Part shown: positions 45,887 to 54,941 of the stretch, piece after piece | How positions within the stretch are numbered: position 1 is the first letter of the stretch | Layout: every line of letters begins with the position of its first letter | From: an uncultured Actinomycetes bacterium | GTDB lineage: Bacteria > Actinomycetota > Thermoleophilia > Gaiellales > JAICJC01 | Direction of reading: 5' to 3' | Assembly: GCA_963794415.1 (NCBI GenBank) | Contig: CAWCDI010000002.1 | Location: 413,930-477,929 of the forward strand | Length of the DNA: 64,000 nucleotides | Made by a program: the position numbers and the translations under genes | The notes under the pieces: model-generated | The model's database searches: none | Seen by the model: only the letters and a program-made list of their open reading frames with translations | What the model was told of the DNA's origin: nothing

Positions 45887-46897
45887 TCAGGCGGTGCGAT
45901 CCTCGGGCGGCGTGACCTGATCGGTGGGCACGCGCCGCACTGCCGGCGGGGCGGGTTTCGGCGGCGCGGGAGGCGTCGCAGCGCTCGATCCGGCGGCGAA
46001 CGCGGCTCCCAGCCCGGCCACGGCGGCCATCCCGTCGGACGCTCCCGAGGGCAGCAGGAAGAGCTTGTTCGCCTCGCCTGCGGCGACCGTCGGCAGCGCC
46101 TCGAGGTACTTGTACCCGAGCACCGTGGCGACGTCGGCCCCGGACTTGTCGATCATCTCGAAGATCTGGCGCAGGCCCTCGGCCTCGCCCTGGGCCCGCA
46201 GCGCCCGGGCCTGGCGGTCGCCCTCGGCGCGCAGGACGTTTGCCTGCTGCTCGCCCTGGGCGTTCAGGATCGCGGCCTGCTGGAGGCCCTCGGCGCGGAG
46301 GATGGCCGACTGCTTCTCGCCCTCGGCCTGCAGCACCGTGGCCCGCTTTGCGCGGTCGGCGCGCATCTGCTGCTCCATCGCCTCCTGGATGGAGCGCGGC
46401 GGGTCGATCGACTTGAGCTCGACGCGCGTCACGCGCACGCCCCACTTCTCGGTGGCCTCGTCGAGCACCACGCGAAGCTGGGTGTTGATCTGGTCGCGGC
46501 TGGTGAGCGTCTGCTCGAGCGTCATGGCGCCGACCACGTTTCGCAGCGTCGTGATGGTGAGCTGCTCCATCGCGAGCAGCATGTTGGCGACGCCGTACAC
46601 GGCCGCCGTGGGGTCTGTCACCTGGTAGTAGACGATGGTGTCAACGCCGATCGTCACGTTGTCCTGGGTGATCACCGGCGTCGGCGGGAACGGCTGCACC
46701 GTCTCCTTCATGTCCACCACCATCCGCTGGCGGTCGAGGAACGGCACGAGGATGTGGACGCCCGGCTGGAGGGTGCGCTGGTAGCGGCCCAGCCGCTCGA
46801 CGATGCCCACGTAGCTCTGGCGCACGACCTTCACCGACCCGGCGACGGTCACGAGCACGAACAGCGCCACGATTGCAGCGATGATTGTGAGAATCAC
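45887..46897 (-). CDS. SPFH/Band 7 (stomatin/prohibitin-like) membrane protein
   Basis: N-terminal TM, then an SPFH core (VVRQSYVGIVERLGRY, ITQDNV) and an Ala/Gln-rich coiled coil. Confidence 0.9.
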   Translation of the reverse strand: MILTIIAAIVALFVLVTVAGSVKVVRQSYVGIVERLGRYQRTLQPGVHILVPFLDRQRMVVDMKETVQPFPPTPVITQDNVTIGVDTIVYYQVTDPTAAVYGVANMLLAMEQLTITTLRNVVGAMTLEQTLTSRDQINTQLRVVLDEATEKWGVRVTRVELKSIDPPRSIQEAMEQQMRADRAKRATVLQAEGEKQSAILRAEGLQQAAILNAQGEQQANVLRAEGDRQARALRAQGEAEGLRQIFEMIDKSGADVATVLGYKYLEALPTVAAGEANKLFLLPSGASDGMAAVAGLGAAFAAGSSAATPPAPPKPAPPAVRRVPTDQVTPPEDRTA

Positions 46898-47364
46898 GAA
46901 GTCGCTCCTTCAAGTTGTTCGTCTTCAGAGCCGTGCACCGGCAGCACCAGCGCCGTCACGCCCTTGATCTCGACCACTTCCACCTTGGTGCCCACCGGCA
47001 CCTGCTCGCCGTCGAAAAAGCTCCGCGCGCTCCAGATGTCACCATCTATTCGCACCTGGCCGGATTCCAGTTCGGCGATCGCCTTGGTGACGATGCCCTT
47101 GCGCCCGCGCATCGCATCGACGCCCGTTCGCAGCCCGGGGCCCTTGTTGGCCGCGCGCCGAAGCGCCGGGCGCGTGAGGTACATGGCGCCGAACGCGGTG
47201 ATGGCGAACGCGAGGATCTGGAGGGCGAGCGGGCCGCCTGCGAGCCCCACGATTGCGGCGACGATCGCGGCAACGCCGAAGTAGACCGCCACAAACGCGG
47301 TGGTCGTGGCCTCCAGGATCAGCAACGCAACTCCGAGGATGATCCAGATCACCCAGGTATCCAT
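46894..47364 (-). CDS. NfeD-family membrane protein
   Basis: Three N-terminal TM helices and a C-terminal OB-like domain (GQVRIDGDIWSAR). ATGA overlap with the SPFH gene, the canonical NfeD-SPFH pairing. Confidence 0.85.
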   Translation of the reverse strand: MDTWVIWIILGVALLILEATTTAFVAVYFGVAAIVAAIVGLAGGPLALQILAFAITAFGAMYLTRPALRRAANKGPGLRTGVDAMRGRKGIVTKAIAELESGQVRIDGDIWSARSFFDGEQVPVGTKVEVVEIKGVTALVLPVHGSEDEQLEGATS

Positions 47365-47469
47365 GTGTTCTCCAGCTTAGATCGAACATGTGGCCCGCGC
47401 ACATAGGGGGTCGGCGCGGTCACACAGACGTCATCGGCCTTTCGTGTCGCGCGCTACAGTCATTCCCAG

Positions 47470-48642
47470 ATGGCGCTCTCAACGATCGAGCGAATCACAG
47501 ACGCCCAGGCACTCGCCTCGCTGCTGTCGGACGCCCGCGCGGAGGGCCGTTGCGCCGTTGACACCGAGTTCGTCTGGGAGCGCACGTACGCCCCGGCGCT
47601 CTGCCTGATCCAGATCGCGACCGCCGACCGGCTCGCCGTGGTCGATCCGCTCGAGGGCGCGCCGCCAGAGGCGGTGGCCGAGATCATGGCCGATCCCGCC
47701 GTCACCAAGGTGATGCACGCAGCGTCGGGCGACCTCGCGGCCTTCGTGCTGCACTTCGACCTGCGCCCCACCGCGATCTACGACACGCAGCTTGCGGCGG
47801 GCTTTGCCGGCTACGGCGGGTCGCTCTCGCTCGAGCGGCTGCTCGAGGCGGCCGTCGGCGTCAAGCTGCGCCACGACGAGGGCTTCACCGACTGGCTCAA
47901 GCGGCCCCTCACCCCGACCCAGGTCGAGTACGCCGCCGACGATGTGCGCTACCTCCTGGCCGCTGCCGACCGGCTCGAGGAGCGGCTCCAGCAGCTGGGC
48001 CGGCGGTCGTGGCTCGCCGAGGAGCTGGATCAGCGGTTCGGCCCCGAGGCCGCGCTCGTGCAGAACCCCGACACCGCCTGGCGCAGGGTCGCCGGGCGCG
48101 GCAAGGTGCGCGGCGCGCAGCTCGGCACGCTCGTCTCGGTCGCCGCATGGCGCGAGCGCGAGGCCCGCGAGCGCGACATGCCGGCCACCTGGCTCGTCAA
48201 GGACGCGACGCTGGTGGAGCTCGCGCGGCGCCAGCCGAAGACTGCGGCCCAGGCCGAGGGCGTCCGCGGCCTCAACCTGCGCCGCGGCGGCCGCATGGAC
48301 GGGCTGCTGCGCGCCATCGCCGAGGCCGGTGACCCGCCGCCGGCGACCGACACCGAGCTCACCGGCGATCTGCGCCGGCGGGTGAAGGTGGTGCTGCCGC
48401 TGGCATCGTCGGTGCTCCAGGCGCGCTGTGCCGAGGCCGGGATCGCATCGGAGCTGGTGGCCACCCGCGCCGACGTGGAGGCGCTCATCGCCCACGTCGC
48501 GCTGGGCGACGCCGACTCGCTGCCGCTCCTGCGCGGCTGGAGGCGTGAGCTCGCGGGCGACCGCTTGCTGGCGCTGCTGCGCGGCGAGGTGTCCCTGCGC
48601 GTGCTGCCGGGCCCCCCGCACATCTCCGAGTCGCAGATCTAG
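47470..48642 (+). CDS. rnd: ribonuclease D (DEDD 3'-5' exonuclease plus HRDC)
   Basis: AVDTEFV (ExoI), HAASGDL and YAADDVRYL (ExoIII), then an HRDC-like region. Confidence 0.88.
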   Translation: MALSTIERITDAQALASLLSDARAEGRCAVDTEFVWERTYAPALCLIQIATADRLAVVDPLEGAPPEAVAEIMADPAVTKVMHAASGDLAAFVLHFDLRPTAIYDTQLAAGFAGYGGSLSLERLLEAAVGVKLRHDEGFTDWLKRPLTPTQVEYAADDVRYLLAAADRLEERLQQLGRRSWLAEELDQRFGPEAALVQNPDTAWRRVAGRGKVRGAQLGTLVSVAAWREREARERDMPATWLVKDATLVELARRQPKTAAQAEGVRGLNLRRGGRMDGLLRAIAEAGDPPPATDTELTGDLRRRVKVVLPLASSVLQARCAEAGIASELVATRADVEALIAHVALGDADSLPLLRGWRRELAGDRLLALLRGEVSLRVLPGPPHISESQI

Positions 48643-48646
48643 GCGG

Positions 48647-48907
48647 TCAGCTGGCCAGGGCCAGCTCGAGCGAGCGTTCCGACCGGGCCAGCCGGTCGCC
48701 CGTGATGACGCGGACGCCAACCGGGTATTCCCCTTCATCCGTGCGGAGCTCGCGGTAGAGCGCGGCGGCCTCCCGGCGCGCCCGCTCGGGCCGCAGGTCG
48801 CAGGCGAGCGTCACCCACCTACCTCGCTGGTAGCTTGCAAACCGCAGCTGGACGTACCACATGGAGCTGGACATTTGAGCGATCCTCCCCACCGTAGGTG
48901 GTCGCAT
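48647..48907 (-). CDS. hypothetical small protein
   Basis: 86-aa ORF (or 75 aa from ATG 48874). I do not recognise a family. Confidence 0.35.
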   Translation of the reverse strand: MRPPTVGRIAQMSSSMWYVQLRFASYQRGRWVTLACDLRPERARREAAALYRELRTDEGEYPVGVRVITGDRLARSERSLELALAS

Positions 48908-49007
48908 CGTGGACGTGTCCGTTCGGATTTTGACGCCATATGGATATTTCCTTCTTGAAAATCAGATTCTTAGCGATTTCGGCCCTGGCGGTAGGATTGC
49001 AGCGAAG

Positions 49008-49080
49008 GCCCTCGTAGCTCAGGGGATAGAGCGCGGCTCTCCTAAGGCCGGCGTCGCAGGTTCGAATCCTGCCGAGGGCA
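49008..49080 (+). tRNA. tRNA-Arg (anticodon CCT)
   Basis: Manual cloverleaf: acceptor GCCCTCG/CGAGGGC, D arm GCTC-AGGGGATA-GAGC, anticodon stem CGGCT/GGCCG with loop CTCCTAA, and T arm GCAGG-TTCGAAT-CCTGC. CCA is not encoded. Confidence 0.93.
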
Positions 49081-49176
49081 TGCCGGGTTTGTGCCGGTTT
49101 CGTGCCGTTGCTCGTGGTCGTTGCAAGCCGGGTGGTACGATCGTCCGCCACCGACCGATCTTTCTTGGAGGTCAAC

Positions 49177-50100
49177 TTGCGTCGTCACCGACTGATCACA
49201 GCGACCGGAACCCTCGCGCTCCTCGCCGTCGTCGCGCTTGCGGCTGCGTGCGGCTCGTCCAGCTCCAGCTCGAGCTCTTCCAGCTCCTCCTCCACCGCAT
49301 CGGGCGGTGCGGCCGGGTCTGATCCCGCGATCGTGGCGATGCTCCCGTCCGACCTCCAGTCCGGCGGCAAGCTGACCGTCGCCACCGACGCGAGCTATGC
49401 GCCCAACGAGTACTTCGACACCGACAACAAGACCATCATCGGGATGGACGTTGACCTCGGCAAGGCCATCGGCAAGCTGCAGGGCGTGGACTGGAACTTC
49501 GTGAACGCGGGCTTCGACGGCATCATCCCGGGCATCCAGGCGGGCAAGTACGACGTCGGCATGTCGTCGTTCTCCGACAACAAGGAGCGCGAGGCGGTCG
49601 TCGACTTCGTCACCTACTTCCAGGCCGGCACGTCGTTCTACATCAACAGCAGCGCCGCAGCCGTCACCGGCGGTCTCGAGTCGCTCTGCGGCCGCAAGGT
49701 GGCCGTCGAGAAGGGCACCACCCAGCTCGCCGATCTCACCGCGCAGACCACGAAGTGCACCGACGGCAACAAGCAGGCCATCGACATCCAGGCCTATCCC
49801 GACCAGAACGCCGCCAACCTGGCGATCTCCTCGGGCCGCGCCGACATCGGCATGGCCGACTCTCCGGTGGCCGCGTACATCGTCAAGCAGTCGAACGGCA
49901 AGTTCAAGCTGAGCGGCACTCCTTACGGCGTGGTGCCCTACGGCATCGCGTTCCCGAAGGATCAGACCCAGCTCACCAACGCGACGCTCGCCGCGATGAA
50001 GAAGCTCATCGCCAACGGCACCTACATGCAGATACTGAACAAGTGGGGCGTCGAGGCGGGCGCGATCACCACCCCGGTGATCAATGGTGCAGTCAACTAG
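49177..50100 (+). CDS. amino-acid ABC transporter substrate-binding lipoprotein (family 3 SBP)
   Basis: TTG 49177 is preceded by GGAGG. Lipobox LAAAC is followed by 13 consecutive Ser. The SBP_bac_3-like core has GMDVDL and GFDGIIPGIQAGKYD. Confidence 0.88.
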   Translation: MRRHRLITATGTLALLAVVALAAACGSSSSSSSSSSSSSTASGGAAGSDPAIVAMLPSDLQSGGKLTVATDASYAPNEYFDTDNKTIIGMDVDLGKAIGKLQGVDWNFVNAGFDGIIPGIQAGKYDVGMSSFSDNKEREAVVDFVTYFQAGTSFYINSSAAAVTGGLESLCGRKVAVEKGTTQLADLTAQTTKCTDGNKQAIDIQAYPDQNAANLAISSGRADIGMADSPVAAYIVKQSNGKFKLSGTPYGVVPYGIAFPKDQTQLTNATLAAMKKLIANGTYMQILNKWGVEAGAITTPVINGAVN

Positions 50101-50983
50101 CGAACACGAACAGCCCGAAGCGATCGTGGCGGTCCCGGCGAGACATCCGGGCCGCTGGGTCGCTGCGGTGGTGGTGCTCCTGATCGCGGCGCGGATGCTC
50201 TGGAGCGTGATCGACAATCCACGCTTCCAGTGGGACGTCGTGCGCCAGTACCTCTTCAACGGCGCCGTGCTGCACGGCGTCCGGGTGACCATCGAGCTCA
50301 CGATCCTCTCCATGATCATCGGCGTGGTGCTCGGCGTGGTGCTGGCGGTGATGCGGCTCTCGCCCAACCCGATCGTCTCGTACGCCGCATGGCTCTACAT
50401 CTGGTTCTTCCGGGCGACTCCGCTCCTGGTGCAGCTGCTCTTCTGGGGCTTCGTAGGGGCGGTCTACCCGCAGATCGGCGTCTCGATCCCCGGCATCGGC
50501 ATGCTCTTCAGCGGCAGCGCCAACACGCTGATCCCGATCTTCGTCGCAGCGCTCCTGGGCCTCAGCCTGAACGAGGGCGCCTACATGGCCGAGATCGTCC
50601 GTGGCGGCATCCTCTCGGTGGATGACGGCCAGACCGAGGCGGCGCAGTCCATCGGCATGACCCAGCTGCAGACCATGCGCCGCGTGGTGCTGCCGCAGGC
50701 GATGCGCGTGATCATCCCGCCGACGGGCAACGAGGTGATCTCGATGCTCAAGAACACCTCGCTGGTCTCGGTGCTGGCATACACCGAGCTGCTCTACACG
50801 GTGCAGATCATCTACGCCCGCAACTACGAGACCATTCCGCTGCTGATCGTGGCGTGCTTCTGGTACATGGTGATGACGTCGGTGCTCTACGTCGGCCAGC
50901 ACTTCATCGAGAAGCGGTTCTCCCGCGGGCAGTCGGTTGGCTCTCCCGGGCGCCCGATGTTCTTCGGGAGCCGGGGCCAGTGA
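50084..50983 (+). CDS. amino-acid ABC transporter permease (His/Glu/Gln/Arg/opine family)
   Basis: Polytopic, with an EAA-like loop ([22 protein letters not shown]). Confidence 0.9.
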   Translation: MVQSTSEHEQPEAIVAVPARHPGRWVAAVVVLLIAARMLWSVIDNPRFQWDVVRQYLFNGAVLHGVRVTIELTILSMIIGVVLGVVLAVMRLSPNPIVSYAAWLYIWFFRATPLLVQLLFWGFVGAVYPQIGVSIPGIGMLFSGSANTLIPIFVAALLGLSLNEGAYMAEIVRGGILSVDDGQTEAAQSIGMTQLQTMRRVVLPQAMRVIIPPTGNEVISMLKNTSLVSVLAYTELLYTVQIIYARNYETIPLLIVACFWYMVMTSVLYVGQHFIEKRFSRGQSVGSPGRPMFFGSRGQ

Positions 50984-51753
50984 GCGCCAACGGGCACCCG
51001 ATGGTGAGCGCTGGGGGCGTGCGCAAATCGTTCGGCAGCACCGAGGTGCTGAAGGGCATCGACCTCGAGGTGCAGCGGGGCGAGGTGTTCTGCATCGTCG
51101 GGCCGTCCGGCTCGGGCAAGTCCACGTTCCTGCGCTGCATCAACCACCTCGAGACCGTCAACGCCGGCCGGCTCTCGGTTGACGGCGAGCTCGTGGGCTA
51201 CAAGCGCAAGGGCGACAAGCTCTACGAGCTGCGCGAGCACGAGATCGCGAAGAAGCGCGCCGAGATCGGGATGGTCTTCCAGCGCTTCAACCTCTTCCCG
51301 CACATGACGGCCATGGGCAACATCACCGAAGGCCCGCTCCGGGTCAAGGGCGAGGGCAAGGCCGAGGTGCGCGAGCGCGCCCAGGCGCTGCTCGACCGCG
51401 TGGGCCTGGGCGATCGCGGCGGGGCCTATCCGCGCGAGCTCTCCGGCGGCCAGCAGCAGCGCATCGCGATCGCCCGCGCGCTTGCCATGCGGCCCAAGCT
51501 GATGCTCTTCGACGAGCCCACCTCGGCGCTCGACCCCGAGCTGGTGGGTGAGGTGCTCGACGTGATGCGCGGCCTCTGCGACGAGGGGATGACGATGATC
51601 CTCGTGACCCACGAGATGGGCTTCGCCCGCGAGGTGGGCGATGCGCTCGTGTTCATGGACGACGGCCTCGTGGTGGAGGCGGGCTCGCCGCGCGACGTGC
51701 TCACCAACCCCCAGCACGAGCGCACCCGCGCCTTCCTCTCGAAGGTCCTATGA
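50980..51753 (+). CDS. amino-acid ABC transporter ATP-binding protein
   Basis: [17 protein letters not shown] and [16 protein letters not shown] overlap with the permease. Confidence 0.92.
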   Translation: MSANGHPMVSAGGVRKSFGSTEVLKGIDLEVQRGEVFCIVGPSGSGKSTFLRCINHLETVNAGRLSVDGELVGYKRKGDKLYELREHEIAKKRAEIGMVFQRFNLFPHMTAMGNITEGPLRVKGEGKAEVRERAQALLDRVGLGDRGGAYPRELSGGQQQRIAIARALAMRPKLMLFDEPTSALDPELVGEVLDVMRGLCDEGMTMILVTHEMGFAREVGDALVFMDDGLVVEAGSPRDVLTNPQHERTRAFLSKVL

Positions 51754-52424
51754 CGTTCTCGCTCGCAGCCATCGACCGCGAGAGCGGGATGTCGGGGATC
51801 GTCGTCAGCTCGTCCAGCCCGGCCGTGGCCGCGCGCTGCGCCCACGTGCGCGCGGGCGTCGGCGCCGCCGCCTCCCAGAACGTGACCGACCCGCGGCTGG
51901 GGCCGAAGCTCCTGGATCTCATCGCCGCAGGCAGCGCGCCGGCCGAGGCGATCGCCGCAGCGCTCGCCGACGAGCCGCACACCGCCTACCGGCAGCTCAC
52001 GGTGGTTGACGCGGCGGGCGCGACGGCGGCGTTCTCGGGCGAGCGCACCCTGGGACGGCACGCATCCAGCGAGGGCGACGGCGCGGTGGCGGCCGGGAAC
52101 CTGCTGGCCGACGAGGGCGTCCCCGCAGCCATGGTCGAGGCCTTCGGGGCTACGGCCGGGCACCTCGGCGCGCGCCTGGTGGCGGCCCTGGCCGCCGCGC
52201 TCGAGGCCGGCGGCGAGGAGGGCCCGGTGCGCTCGGCCGGTCTCGTGATCGCGCGCGGCGTGAGCTGGCCCATCGCCGACCTGCGCGTGGACTGGGACGA
52301 GAACCCCGTCGTGCGGTTGGCCGAGCTCTGGGAGGTCTGGGAGCCGCAGCTCGAGGACTACGTGACCCGCGCGATCGACCCCACCCAGGCTCCGCGGTAC
52401 GGCGTGCCCGGCGACGACGAGTGA
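51750..52424 (+). CDS. DUF1028-family (Ntn-hydrolase-like) protein
   Basis: [43 protein letters not shown] is typical of the DUF1028 N-terminus. ATGA overlap with the ATPase gene. Confidence 0.8.
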   Translation: MTFSLAAIDRESGMSGIVVSSSSPAVAARCAHVRAGVGAAASQNVTDPRLGPKLLDLIAAGSAPAEAIAAALADEPHTAYRQLTVVDAAGATAAFSGERTLGRHASSEGDGAVAAGNLLADEGVPAAMVEAFGATAGHLGARLVAALAAALEAGGEEGPVRSAGLVIARGVSWPIADLRVDWDENPVVRLAELWEVWEPQLEDYVTRAIDPTQAPRYGVPGDDE

Positions 52425-52439
52425 CGAGGGTGCTGGCGC

Positions 52440-53459
52440 GTGGTCGATGACGACGAGCTGATCGAGTTCGCGTCGATCCCTGCGCCGACCGGGGCCGAGG
52501 AAGCGCGCATCGCGTGGCTGATGCAACGGCTCGAGGGGGTGCCGGGCGAGCGCCACGTGGACTCCACGGGGAACCTGGTGTGGCGGTTCGGCCCCGAGCG
52601 GCCGCGGCTGTTGGTGCTCGCGCACGTGGACACGGTGTTCGCGGCCGGATACCCGCTCGAGATCCGGCGTGACGGCGGCGACCTGACAGGCCCCGGAGTG
52701 GGCGACAACGCCGCTGCGGTGATGGCGGTGGTGTGGACGCTCGAGCAGCTCGACGACCCGCCGCCGGGCCTGGCTGTTGCGTTCACGGTGGGCGAGGAGG
52801 GGCTCGGCAACCTGCGCGGCGCCCGTGCGGCGTGCGCCGATCTCGCGCCCGATGCGGTGATCGCGCTCGAGGGCCACGGGCTGGACGAGGTGATCGTGGA
52901 TCACGTCGGGAGCGAGCGGGCTCGCCTCGTGGTGAGCGGCCCCGGCGGACACTCCTGGTGGGACCGCGGCACGCCGAGCGCGGTGCACGGGCTGGTCGAG
53001 CTGGCCGCAGATCTCATCGGCGAGGGCGTGAACGTCGGCGTCATCTCCGGCGGCGACTCGGTGAACGCGATCGCCTCACAGGCCGAGCTCCTGGTGGAGC
53101 GCCGGTCGCTGGCTCCGGACGACCTCAGCGAGTTTGCCGAGACGCTGGATGCGCTCACCATCGATGCGCCGCTCGAGCTGGCCGTCGAGCACGTCGGCAG
53201 CCGCCCGGCGGGCCGAACGCCGCCCGATCACCGTCTGGTGACCGCGGTGCGCGGTCAGCGGCTGGGCCTCGGCCTGCCAGACCGGCTCGGATCGGGCTCG
53301 ACCGATGCCAACGCCGCAGTTGCCCTGGGGATCCCGGCCGTCGCGCTGGGCTGCGCCCGCGGCTCGGGCATGCACTCAGGCAGCGAGCGGATCGACCTGC
53401 GGTCGCTCGAGTTCGGCTGCGTCCAGGCGCTCGAGGTCATGCGGGCGCTCGGCGCTTGA
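52440..53459 (+). CDS. M20-family metallopeptidase / deacylase (ArgE/DapE-like)
   Basis: LAHVDTVF, GVGDNAAAV and TVGEEGLGNLRG metal-ligand regions. Confidence 0.8.
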   Translation: MVDDDELIEFASIPAPTGAEEARIAWLMQRLEGVPGERHVDSTGNLVWRFGPERPRLLVLAHVDTVFAAGYPLEIRRDGGDLTGPGVGDNAAAVMAVVWTLEQLDDPPPGLAVAFTVGEEGLGNLRGARAACADLAPDAVIALEGHGLDEVIVDHVGSERARLVVSGPGGHSWWDRGTPSAVHGLVELAADLIGEGVNVGVISGGDSVNAIASQAELLVERRSLAPDDLSEFAETLDALTIDAPLELAVEHVGSRPAGRTPPDHRLVTAVRGQRLGLGLPDRLGSGSTDANAAVALGIPAVALGCARGSGMHSGSERIDLRSLEFGCVQALEVMRALGA

Positions 53460-54527
53460 TCCGTTCCAGCGGTCGCCCACGGCGTCTGCCAGCACCAACG
53501 CGCTGACCGCGGCGAACGCGGCGATCTTCCACACCGGGGCGAAGTCATTGGGGTTGGCGAAGATCCACGGGGTGAGGACGACGAGCCACATCGGCGAGAG
53601 CGTCGGGCGCCGTAGCCCCAGCGGCAGCAGAAGCAGCATGAAGTAGTTCAGCCAGATGATTGGCGAGAGGGCAAGCCCGGCGACCACCATCAGCGAGAAC
53701 GCCTTGCGGTCGCCGCCCTCGGAGGCGCGAAGGCGCCACGCCACCACGCAGAGCGCCGCGGGGATCACGAGCGCGAGCACCCGCCCCGGGCCCGTCCCGA
53801 GGCCGAGCGCGGAGGTGAGCGCAACCAGCGAGAAGCCCTTCTGCTGCTCCATGTCCGAGACGGTGCTGAGGAGGCGCGGGTAGCTCGCGAACCCGTGGAA
53901 GCCGATGGCCGCCCAGCCTGCGACGGTGAGCACGGCGGCGATGCCGGCAGAGACGAGCGCCGCCTGGCGCCGGCCCGTGATCCAGAGCCAGACCGCGAGC
54001 GGGGCGAGGAACAGCTTGACCACGACGAGCGCTGCGACCGAGCCCGCGCTGATCAGCCACCGGCCGCGATACCGCCAGGCGAGGGCGGCGCCGAGCATGA
54101 GCAGCGGGGTGACGGTGCCAAGCACCACGCTCTGCAGGGTTGCGATCGAGCAGAACGTGAGCGCGTGGCAGCGCCAGTCGCGGACGCCGATGAGGCGGAG
54201 CGAGCCGATGACGGCGGCGATGTTGAGGGCGATGAAGATCGTGGCCGCTACGCCGATGGGCATCAGCGCGAGCGGCGCCATCGCGAGTGCCGCGGGAGCC
54301 GGGTAGATGAACTGATCCTGGTTTCGCAGCGCCGCGTGGGTGATCGCGGGGTACGGCGTCACCCCGTCGAGCACCGCCTTGCCGGCGTGCCAGAACACGC
54401 CGAAGTCGTAGTAGTCACGCGGCCCGTAGGCCAGCTTGATGGTGACCAGGCCAAGCGCAGCGGCCGGGACGAGCAGCGCGACTGCCCAGAGCAGGGAGGT
54501 GCGATATGTGGGGTGATCTGCCGACAA
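53376..54527 (-). CDS. polytopic membrane glycosyltransferase-like protein (GT87/DUF2029-like)
   Basis: About 10 TM helices and an N-terminal DYYDFGVFWHAGKAVLDGVTPYP motif, typical of DUF2029 mannosyltransferase-like proteins. The 3' end overlaps the M20 gene by 84 nt. Confidence 0.7.
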   Translation of the reverse strand: MSADHPTYRTSLLWAVALLVPAAALGLVTIKLAYGPRDYYDFGVFWHAGKAVLDGVTPYPAITHAALRNQDQFIYPAPAALAMAPLALMPIGVAATIFIALNIAAVIGSLRLIGVRDWRCHALTFCSIATLQSVVLGTVTPLLMLGAALAWRYRGRWLISAGSVAALVVVKLFLAPLAVWLWITGRRQAALVSAGIAAVLTVAGWAAIGFHGFASYPRLLSTVSDMEQQKGFSLVALTSALGLGTGPGRVLALVIPAALCVVAWRLRASEGGDRKAFSLMVVAGLALSPIIWLNYFMLLLLPLGLRRPTLSPMWLVVLTPWIFANPNDFAPVWKIAAFAAVSALVLADAVGDRWNGSSAERPHDLERLDAAELERPQVDPLAA

Positions 54528-54638
54528 CTGGAAAGAGACTCGTTCCCGGGGCTATCGGCAGCCGGTTGCGTTCGCGTGAGGGGATCGATTCCCTTCGTTT
54601 TCTTCAGGTTAATCCCGTGTGAACTGTCATCTATACGG

Positions 54639-54666
54639 TTGACACCATAATGACCCGTGCTATCAT
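54639..54666 (+). promoter_or_regulatory. near-consensus housekeeping-sigma promoter (TTGACA-16 nt-TATCAT) driving a leaderless small ORF
   Basis: The -35 TTGACA is at 54639-54644 and the -10 TATCAT at 54661-54666. The ATG at 54673 is 6 nt downstream of the -10. Confidence 0.5.
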
Positions 54667-54672
54667 CAGATC

Positions 54673-54849
54673 ATGAAGACAATCTACAACATCCATTCAG
54701 TATCGGCTTACGGCCCCGGCCGCGAGACCGAAGAGCAGTACTTCACCCGCCTCGCCAACGAGCGGACTCGTCAGCGGCGCGCCGAGCGGCGCAACCAGCT
54801 GGCCCGCAAGCTCGGCCTGCGCAGGCCCGAGCGGCGCCCCGCCGCGTAA
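54673..54849 (+). CDS. 58-aa Arg-rich small protein (hypothetical), probably leaderless
   Basis: It reads MKTIYNIHSVSAYGPGRETEEQYFTRLANERTRQRRAERRNQLARKLGLRRPERRPAA. Third-position G/C bias is much stronger than in the overlapping 92-aa ORF (54657..54935). It falls below the ORF-track length cutoff. Confidence 0.45.
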   Translation: MKTIYNIHSVSAYGPGRETEEQYFTRLANERTRQRRAERRNQLARKLGLRRPERRPAA

Positions 54850-54883
54850 TCGGGTGGCAGACATGGCGGACTGCTACGACTGC

Positions 54884-54925
54884 GAGCCCCTCACCTAGAC
54901 AGATACATGTCGGGGTGGGGGGCTC
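54884..54925. terminator. 12-bp GC-rich hairpin between convergent genes (GAGCCCCTCACC-N18-GGTGGGGGGCTC)
   Basis: The stem is perfect apart from one G-T wobble. It lies between the small ORF stop (54849) and the GlnA-like stop (54942). No T-tract. Confidence 0.5.
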
Positions 54926-54941
54926 GAACCGTTAACGGGTG

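Noticed and set aside
49008-49200. tRNA-Arg as an integration site for a genomic island.
   Set aside because: There is no integrase. I saw no direct repeat of the tRNA 3' end downstream, and the following genes (amino-acid ABC transporter and peptidases) have host-like composition.
49254-49292. A run of 13 consecutive serine codons.
   Set aside because: It lies directly after the lipobox cysteine of the substrate-binding lipoprotein. It is best explained as a flexible tether, using mixed Ser codons, rather than a DNA-level repeat or slippage tract.
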